From Anolis carolinensis (lineage: Eukaryota), in contig NC_085846.1 of NCBI RefSeq assembly GCF_035594765.1, positions 18,587,190 to 18,651,189 on the forward strand: 64,000 nt of DNA. The letters run 5' to 3'. Positions within the stretch are counted from its first letter, which is position 1. Every line of letters starts with the position of its first letter. This document shows positions 46,200 through 64,000 of the stretch, piece by piece. A program made the position numbers and the translations under genes. The notes beneath the pieces are model-generated. The model saw only the letters and a list, made by a program, of their open reading frames with translations. It did no database searches and was not told the origin of the DNA.

Positions 46200-48516
46200 C
46201 TACACTATAATTGTCTCCTTTGGGAGAAATTAAAGTGGGGTATAAATAAATAAAATAATTATAATTATAATTGGACTGCATTGGACTACACTGACCATAT
46301 AACGCAGTTCCAAATTGCATTATATGGCAGTTTAGATCCAGCCCTAGAAAGAGCAAATTAATCAAATCTACAAATAATCAAATCCATGAAGGTAAAACCT
46401 ACAAATATTAGCTTTATCAGTAATGTTAAAAACAAAACAAATATGAAGCAAAACAAAGAGCAGAGATAAGAAAAAGTGCAATACTTAACAAAATTATCCA
46501 ACAGACTCAAATCAAAGAAACTAACCATTTAGCCTATATGTACACACATACACACATATGCATATTATCATTATCATTTATTATTATACCTTACACCAGT
46601 TGTACTCAACCTAATGCCGCAACCCCTTAGAGTATTGTTCCTCAAGTTGTGGTGACCCTTAACCATATAATTATTTTTGTTGCTACTTCATAACTGTAAT
46701 TTTGCTACTGTTATTAATTGTAATGTAAATATCTGATATGCAGGATGTATTTCAATTCACTGGACCAAATTTGGCACAAATAACCAATACGCCCAAATTT
46801 GAATACTGGTGGGGTTCGGGGAGGGGAATGATTTTGTCATTTGGGAGCTGTAGTTGCTGGGATTTGTAGTTCACCTACAATCAAGAGCATTCTGAACTCC
46901 ACCAACGATGGAACTGAGCCAAACTTGGCACACAGAACTCCTATGACCAACAAAAATACTGGAAGGTTTGGTGGGCATTGACCTTGAGGTTTGGAGTTGT
47001 AGTTCACCTACATCTAGAGAGCACTGCCGACTCAAACAATGATGGATCTGGACCAAACTTGGCACAAATTCTCAATATGCCCAAATTTGACGTTTGGGAG
47101 TTGTGGTTGCTGGGACTTATAGTTCACCTACAATCAGAGCCCCTTGAACCCCACCAACGATAGAATTGGGCTAATCTTCCCACACAGAACTTCCATGGCC
47201 AACAGAAAATACTGGTCTTTGGTGACCCCCCTTGCAACCCCCCAGGTGAGACAGCACATGGTGAGACAACAATAAGTTGCCACAATTTTCTTCCAGGATT
47301 GCTTGTACATTTGAGAGGACAGAATTCAGCAGCATAATGAAATTACAGTTTAGGCAGTTGAATATACAGCAGTAGCATGCTGAAGCCACTCCATAAGGAT
47401 AATTTCACCTCTGTTCAGTTGTGACTGGTTTCAGCATGTTATATCATTGTCCTTAAAAGAAACTCTCTAGGTTCTACTTCTTTAAAGGGTTTATGCAGGG
47501 GTCCTAAACCTTTTCAACAGGGGGCCAGTTCACTGTCCCCAGACTGTTGGAGGACTTCTTCAGTGACAGCGGCATGAAAGGTGCGCGCAGAATGAGTGAG
47601 GAGGGAAAGGCACACACTTTTGATCCTCTTTCGTGCTGCACACGCCTTCCTCAGTGGCAGCAGCGGTGGGAAAGGTGTATGTGGACCAAGGGAGGAGGGA
47701 AAGGCGCCTTTCCCTCCTTCTCTTTCGAGCCGCACAAGCCTTCCTCAGCGGAGAAGAAGGAAGCTGCTGCCGTGGGGGCCGAATAAATGGCTTTGATGGG
47801 CCGCATGTGGCCCGCGGGCCATAGTTTGGGGACCCCAGGGATAATGGGATGAAGGGTCCCCCAAAAGTCACACCACAGACATACATGTTTATCTTTACAC
47901 ATTATCACAATTGACGTATTGTGAATCTAAAGGAAAATTCTGCCTCAGGTCTTGATGACAAGTATCACTGTTCCAGCTGTGAATAAGATATGTCTTAATC
48001 ACTATGTTATAAAAATGAATATAATGACACACTGAAGCCATCTCCTAAGAGTTATTATAAGGCTGCTTCCTTGGAATAAGCTTTAGCCTATCCCAAATAA
48101 GTAACTTTCTAGGCTCTGTAACAAGAACGTATACAATAAATGGTTAATAGAAAAGGGATCCCCACTCCCAAAAATTTAGTAGGCTGTCTTATCACTGGCA
48201 TGCATATTTTGCTCTACATCTGCTCTACCTCATTGGGGAAAAACTTGAAACTATTATCAAAAGATCACAGCCCCTCCTCTCTCATGAACAAGCTTTGGGG
48301 AATGTGGGTATGTATAAGAGAGTAAGACTGACAGAAAACTAGCCAGATAAAGAAAAGCCACCAGACTGTCAGAGTGGTAGGTAAAAAGCTGGTAGGTGGA
48401 CATGTTCTTTACCTTCAGTGCCAAAAGGAAGTACCAGAGGAATGGGACATGAGAGCAACTTTGGGATAAGAGGTATGGCAATACGTTCTTATTAATACTT
48501 TTTCCTGCCTTGCTAG

Positions 48517-55080
<6,564 letters not shown>

Positions 55081-55770
55081 GCCCATATCTGGACCTCTCA
55101 CCTTCCTGACAGCACACATAGGGAATGCTGATCTTAACTACTCTAAGAAATACAAGTCAGGAAACCACAGCAGCATCCAGCTAACCAAAGTGTATATTTA
55201 GTGTTTTGTCTTTTTTTACTTCAATGACTTTGTAGTCACCAGTGAATTTTAATACATTCTGTTATGATATTAACATAAAGAACAAGTCAAATCTACTGAG
55301 TGGTGGGAATGACTTCACCCCAATACTGCAAGAGCAGGAAGGAGCAAAAAAGAATGTGGAAATACACAAGTGTTGCTAGGGCAAGAGAGATTTAGGTGAG
55401 AAGTAAAGAGAAATCAGACTAACTTAAAAGGAGATGGTGCAATTGCACAACTGAACAATAGTGTTCAACCCAGTATCTACTATCAATGATTTGTTGGGAA
55501 CATGGATGCAGTAATATGGTGAATTTTGCAATAGTCTTTAGAGATAGGTGGTTAGAATTCCATGACCTGTTCTCGCTTGTTTTGTCTATTTCTTCCTTGT
55601 CTACAGGGTGAAATACTTAAGTCTACCTAGCATTCATCCCTTCTCTCCCCAGCAACCTTATTGAAGTAATCATTTTCATAGTAATTAGATCCTGTCTTCT
55701 TTTATCTCTCAGACACACAATTTAATAAATGTTTTTCTATTCTTCTAATACTGTCTTGATTGATTCCAAG

Positions 55771-56835
55771 CAGAGCTGGTCCTAGGTATTTTTCAAGTGT
55801 AGGCGAACAGAATTTTGCCCCCCCCCCCCCAAACCAATCACTGAAAAATAAAAGCGTTGGATAAGCAAAAATGTTGGATAATAAGGAGGGATTAAGGAAA
55901 AGCCTATTAAACATCAAATTACATTAAGATTTTACAAATTAAAAACCAAAACATCTGTACAAGAATATGGACAATAAATGTTGGAAATGTAGGATAAATG
56001 AAGGTACCTTTTTTCATTTATGGTGGACATGTAAAAGGACATCTGATTTTTGGAAAAAGATACATGCCAAATGTCAAAAAATTCTTAAGAAACATTTTCC
56101 AATGAAACCAGAATACTACCTTTTGGGAATATTTGACCCGGGACTATTCGCAGACCCAAATATGGACAAATTGTTCACTTTCCTATCAACAGCAGCGACA
56201 ATAGTTTTTGCTAGAGGCTGGAAGCTGGACACATCCCCAAATGTAAATTATTGGATCATTAAAATAATGGATATAAAAGATATGGATAAATTAACTTTTC
56301 TACTAAAAGATAACAACGGCAAAGGAATGAAAAAAACAGATTGGTCACTTTTAGAAGATTACTTGGAGAAACTTTAAAGATACAAGCGGGAAAGAATTTA
56401 TTACTAGTATTAACAGTGATAGTACCAAGGTGTTACTTTCTTTTTTTGTTTACAGGAAGAGTTAGAGCGGAAGTCATTGAAAATCCCTGTAAATATTTTT
56501 ATTTTTATCCTTTTTTTTTCTTTTTTCTTTTTTTCTCTTTCTTTTTTTTGCTACCTTTCTGGCTTTTCTATACACATATTGTTCCCCCACTTTCCATGTA
56601 TATTTATTTCTTTATCTTTTTCTCCTTTCCTACTTTCTATACTGCACATTGTTCCCCCACTTTTTATGTATATAGATCTTTTTTCTTTATTAATAAAAAT
56701 TATATACAAAAAACAAACAAAACCAAAACATCATGTTTTACAAGAAATCAACAGAAAAAGCAGTCTCGACTGCGCCCCCGTATGTTTTGCGCCTGAAGCG
56801 ACCGCTTAAATCGCCTCATTGATGGACTGGCTCTG
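55771..56835. mobile_element. hAT non-autonomous element with nested L1
   Basis: Termini CAGAGCTGGTCC / GGACTGGCTCTG and perfect 8-bp TSD ATTCCAAG. Confidence 0.85.
55956..56718 (+). mobile_element. L1 LINE 3' end
   Basis: ORF 55967-56377 (CWKC..GTFFHLWWTC, ORF2 CCHC), T-rich 3'UTR, AATAAA, A-rich tail, TSD AAAACCAAAACATC. Confidence 0.85.
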
Positions 56836-57420
56836 ATTCCAAGCAGTCAATTTCCACACAGATGCTGAAATCCTATGTGACACAATGTGCTGCAATTATT
56901 ATGCAACCTGATCTCCATGAGATGGGAGGGCGATCCAGACAGCAGCCAAAATGCACACTCTCACGCATTTTTCCCTGGGGCGTCCAAATGATGCCTTAGA
57001 GAAAAATGAAAGCCTGTTTTGCTCCAAAGACTCAGGTCTTTCCAGCTGCAGGTGCTGTATGGATGGGGACCAAGGATTGCATCGCGTGACTTATGGTACC
57101 CATCTACACATTTGTCTTGGGTTTCTTGGGCTCCTGGACCACAAAACACCCAAGACTTCCCCTACCCCCTCCAAAATCCCTTTTAAAAGCCTTTAAAAAT
57201 AAATTACCCAAACACCATCCCACCTTCTCCAGAGCACTCCTGGCACTTAGAAATGGAGTGCCAGAAGAGGGGGGGAGGAAAATAGCTCCTCCCCCCCCCT
57301 TTCTGGCTCATCATTTATACGTGCCAAGAGAGCTCCAGAGAGGCGGGAATGGTGGCCGGGTAACTTCCACCACCACCATCAGGCTTTACCATGCAGCCTT
57401 TGAAGCAACCTTGACCCTCA

Positions 57421-57568
57421 GGCCCCTTCTACACTGCCATATAATACAGATTATCAACTCAGATAATCCACACTATCTGCTTTGAACTGTATTATATGAA
57501 TCTAGACTGCCATATAATCCAGTTCAAAGCAGATCATCTGGATTTTATATGACAATGTAGAAGAGGCC
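57421..57568. mobile_element. Small palindromic MITE (Harbinger-like termini)
   Basis: GGCCCCTTCTACAC ... ATGTAGAAGAGGCC. Confidence 0.55.
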
Positions 57569-57608
57569 ACAGTAATAAGCAATTGTTACTTTGCATATCC
57601 ATCTAGAG

Positions 57609-57743
57609 CAGTGGTTCTCAACCTGTGGGTCCTCAGATGTTTAGGTCTTCAACTCCCAGAAATCCTAACAGCTGGTAAACTGGCTGGGATTTCTTGGAAT
57701 TGTGAGCCAAAACACCTAGGGACCCACACATTGAGAACCACTG
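57609..57743. mobile_element. Palindromic hAT MITE
   Basis: CAGTGGTTCTCAA ... TTGAGAACCACTG; degenerate TSD ATCTAGAG/ATTTAGAA. Confidence 0.8.
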
Positions 57744-57826
57744 ATTTAGAAGGCTAGACATCACATGTATTAATATCATTTCCCATTTGATAGTTTGGGT
57801 ACTTTTCTATTGACAAAAAATGATTA

Positions 57827-58122
57827 CCGTATTTTTCGCTTTATAGGACGCACCTGATGATAAGACGCAGATCGCCAGGAAGGGAGAATGGGGCGATCTG
57901 TGCCGTTCACACGCGCGGACGGCACAGATCGCCCCATTCTCCCTTCCTGGCGATCTGCGTGCAGGAAGGGAGAATGGGGCGATCTGTGCCATGCGCACGC
58001 GCGGGCGGCACAGATCACCCCATTCTCCCTTCCTGGATGCAGATTGCGTTTATAAGACGCAGTGACTTTTTCCCTCTATTTTGGAGGGAAAAAAAGTGCG
58101 TCTTATAAAGCGAAAAATACGG
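57827..58122. mobile_element. Tc2/mariner-type MITE with internal hairpins
   Basis: TA|CCGTATTTTTCGCTTTATA ... TATAAAGCGAAAAATACGG|TA. Confidence 0.9.
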
Positions 58123-58421
58123 TACTTTTGCTTCCCCCCCCCCCCCCCCCCCCGGGTTAGATTTGGTGTAAGTATAATACTGTATGTACTTTCTGATTGC
58201 CAGATTGAATTACTTGCTTCTGAACTACACTGCAATCTCACGTTTCCCAACAAAATGTGTTTGGAAACAACCAGAAGTAGGTTTGCACTTCTAGAGTTTT
58301 TTAGATTGTTTCTGGCCAATTTTAATATGTATAGAGAGTTTGGAGAAAGGTTGGATGTTATTTTGCTGCATAATGCTGCTCCAGACACACTCTAAGCAGC
58401 AACTGGAGCCATTATGTAGAT

Positions 58422-59191
58422 CAGTGGTTCCCAAACTTATTTGGTCTACCACCCCCTTTGCAGAAAAAAATATGACTCAGCGCCCCCTAGAAAGGGGGCA
58501 TGGCTTAAAGGGGTGGGCGTGGCTCCTGCTTAAGAAGGCGGGGCTGAGCCTCTCCCCTATTCCAAGATGCAGGGCTGGGAGGGGGAGGGGGAGGTGGGCG
58601 GGGCCACAAATGGGCAGAGTTACGAACTCTGACGCAGGGCTGAGCTTCTCTTCCTGTCCTGGACACAGGGGGCAGGGTTAGAGGAGAGGGCGGGGCCTCT
58701 TCCCAAGTGCCTGATGGGGCTGAACCATTATACCCCGCCCCCGTGTTCTAACAAGCGCCTCTGGGGAGGTATACAGAGGCTCAGCCCTGTCTCGCGCCCT
58801 TGGGAAGAGGCCCCGCCCCTAGCCCCGCCCTTTAGTCCTAAAAGGCCTCTCAGGAGAGGTATGGAGGCTCAGCCCTGTCTCGCGCTCTTGGGAAGAGGCC
58901 CCGCCCCTAGCCCCGCCCTTTAATCCTAAAAGGCCTCTCAGGAGAGGTATAGAGGCTCAGCCCTGTCTAGGACTCTTGGAAGGAGGCCCCGCCCTCTTCC
59001 CTGGCTCCGCCCTCTGTGTCCCAACAAGCGCCTCAGGAGAGATATAGATTCTCAGCCCTATCTCGAGCTCTTGGAAAGAAGCCACGCCCTTTCCCTGGCC
59101 CCGCCCCATGTCCTAATAGGTGCCGTCACCGCCCCCCTGGATCGCTGCAGTGCCCACTAGGGGACAGTAGCACCCACTTTGGGAATCACTG
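58422..59191. mobile_element. hAT MITE with internal GC-box tandem repeats
   Basis: CAGTGGTTCCCAAAC ... TTTGGGAATCACTG; perfect TSD ATGTAGAT; empty site near 20842. Confidence 0.9.
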
Positions 59192-60876
59192 ATGTAGATT
59201 ATTCTTTGTGTTCCATGGAACAAATGAGGAGTCTGGGAGGTTTGCGGGGAAAATAGGGGTTTGGGGCCTAGATGCAATACACTATCTATGCTACTTCTAC
59301 CCATAGATAAAGGTACGGTATTTAGAATTGGTAACCTATTGCTTCATGAGATGGAAGGAGTTCTAGCCCAATGTATCTTAAGGCACTGCATGGGTCAATA
59401 TGTTTTGGCCTAATATGAACTGTAGCTAAATCACCCCTGAATTGTGTTTATGTGAATGTTTGCTGGTTGAATCCGAGTGGGATCTTGGTTTCAAAAGCAG
59501 CTACACAGAATCCAGGCCCTGACTTTTACCAATTTCAACACTCCACTGGAGATACAAGCAGGGAGAGCTGGAGAGGACTGTAGCCAAACACCTGGGGAAG
59601 AAAGAACTGCAAGCCAAAGTTCTCCAGCTGATATTCATCCCTGTTTGCTATTGGAACTCTTTTTCTCTACCTCCTTTCCTAGAGACAATCTTCTCCTACA
59701 ATATGATGAAAGCAAAAATAAATAAACCTCTTGAGAACAGAGATCAATATATTTGCGAAGTCTTCCTGCTTCCCTTTGTTTGCATGCAATCCCTTCCAGA
59801 ATGGTCTACCCATCGTCTGGCCTACAAGTCAAAACAAGGAGAGTTCAGCTGGATCCTTCTAAGGAGAAAAACAGACATGTAGCCAGGCTCTTACATTAAT
59901 TTAGCCGGACCTGTTAGGAGCTGGAGGCAGACACCCACCTTCCTGGTCATGGATTTTGGATTCTCTTTGTTGTTTGATTGATTTTCTTCCTCTGATTACT
60001 GCCTTAAAGGCATCCCAAACTATACTTTTGTTCATTCTAGTGGTTCTATTTAAGCTAAAATTTAGAATAATTTGGTATTTTGTCTCTTTTCTGTCTGTCT
60101 CTTTATAGGCAGCTTTTGGGTTGAATCTCCATTTTTTTTCACTTTTTGGTATAATTTCCGAATTTTAAATAGAGATGTACATGATCTCATGGCCACTGTT
60201 TGCCCACTAGTAGTTCTTTTATTGGCATTAAATTATTAGTTCCTACCAGAAAACAATCAATAGTAGTGAAAGTTAAGTGTCTATGTGAGAAGTGGGAATA
60301 TCTGTTTTTTCCCCTATTCTATTATTAGCCTCTATTAGGTTCCACTTCCTAAAATTTATTTTGCAGTTTGCTCCTGAGTTCCCTGTTCCTTTACTCTTCG
60401 GGGTTTGTTTGTTTGTTTGTTTGGGGTTTTTTTTGTAAGGGTGTAAGTTCAAGTTCCCACCTACAATTATATCTCATGACGCTTGTTTTCCTAATTTTGA
60501 GCAGCTTTTGTTTTTGAATTTGACTTGTCTCTGATCGGGGGCATACATGCTATTGATACCTGAGTATGGTTTATTTTACCGATTATCATCTACCTTCAGT
60601 GTTTTTAATTACCTTTCTAATTCAGAATTTAGATTACCCTTTATGAGTATGGCCACCCATCTGGTACTTGTACCCCTCAATTCAAACTGTAGTTCCCAGT
60701 TTCTATTATTTAGCAATTTGGACATGACTAGACTTAATGTCAGGAGAAAACCTTTACCTTTTACCTAATAATAATAATAATAACTTTATTCTTATACCTC
60801 GACTCCATCTCCCAAAAGGGACTCGGGTAGCTTACATATGGCGCAAAGTGCCTAAAACAAAGCATAAAATGAACAA

Positions 60877-60921
60877 ACAATACAATACAATACAATACAA
60901 TACAATACAATACAATACAAT
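60877..60921. repeat. (ACAAT)n microsatellite
   Basis: Read directly from the sequence. Confidence 0.95.
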
Positions 60922-61568
60922 AAAACTATAGCATATAAAAACAACAAATTAAAACTCAGAACAATGCCCAATGACCTATGATGGGACTGATTTTAGAGGG
61001 TAAATGAGATTATTGTAGTCTTATTTTTCTCTGCTTCTACTTCCAATTCTATTCAAGTCTGTTTTTCCTTGTTCCCTATTTTTTGTCTCTTTCTGACATC
61101 TACAACTCTTTTCTCAAGATCTTCAGCTTTATCAGCTTGTTTTCCCCCTTCGTCTGAAGCTGGTCTATTATCATCCTTTGCAGCCATGTTGATTAAAGCT
61201 TTTATCATTTGTTCCTGTTCTTCTGAAGTTGCTACTGTATCTTTTCTGCCGTCCTTGAACACAATGAAGAAAAAAAACCCACTATTGGAACACTTGGAAA
61301 CTATCCATCAAGGGATCATACCCCACCTCGGTCATGAACAAACTTTGGGGAATGTGGGTATGTATAAGAGAGTAAGACTGACAGAAAACTAGCCAGATAA
61401 AGAAAAGACACCAGACTGTCAGAGTGGTAGGTAAAAAGTTGGTAGGTGGACATGTTCTTTAACTTCAGCACCAAAAAATAGCACCAGAGGAATGAAACAT
61501 GAGACCAAATTTGGGATAAGAAGTATGGCAATATGCTCTTCTTAATACTTTTCCTACCTTGCTAGATA

Positions 61569-63696
<2,128 letters not shown>

Positions 63697-64000
63697 TGAA
63701 AGACATAGTTGTGTAAATCTCTTACATCATAAATATGATATCCAGGCAGGCAAGGTGATATGTTTGCCCCAAAATATGATAGCTGTGCATGGCCACCACA
63801 TGACTACCCAGAAAGAGACTGAATTGGTTCTCTGGTCAGTCAGTAATGTGGCAGCTGCATGATGCCCGCTCATGGCCTGCCATGTTTCATTCTGGATGTG
63901 ACCTGGATGTTTCCACTCTGGCCTGGAATCTGGACATATAGCCATGTGCTAGAGCTTAGACAAGGAAGTTGGCTAAGAGCTTCTGCTTCTGCTTCTGCTT

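Noticed and set aside
56341-56809. Phe-rich ORFs resembling membrane proteins
   Set aside because: Translation of the T-rich L1 3'UTR.

Overview
Squamate (Anolis-like lizard) genomic DNA, not prokaryotic. The window holds a head-to-tail tandem array of six + strand cytosolic sulfotransferase genes of the SULT1 family (SULT1C-like). Each has 7 coding exons of 172-175/129/98/127/95/178-181/113 nt. Five are complete with open reading frames (303-305 aa); the sixth runs off the right edge. Introns and spacers are packed with reptile transposons: Sauria and other SINEs; CR1, L1, L2, Dong/R4 and Vingi-like LINEs; SPIN-like and OC1-like hATs; Tc1/mariner MITEs; solo LTRs. Main observations: (1) a near-identical ~10.52 kb tandem duplication whose junction maps to a 15-bp window in coding exon 1, making gene 4 a chimera of the gene-5 promoter/N-terminus and the gene-3 body; (2) gene-conversion-like mosaic tracts between paralogs; (3) amino-acid divergence concentrated in the acceptor-pocket loops, including loss of normally conserved Glu, Lys and Tyr residues; (4) a GC-AG donor in gene 1; (5) transposon presence/absence markers that order the duplications. 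All alignments were done by eye, and TE family names come from recalled motifs, not from a database search.
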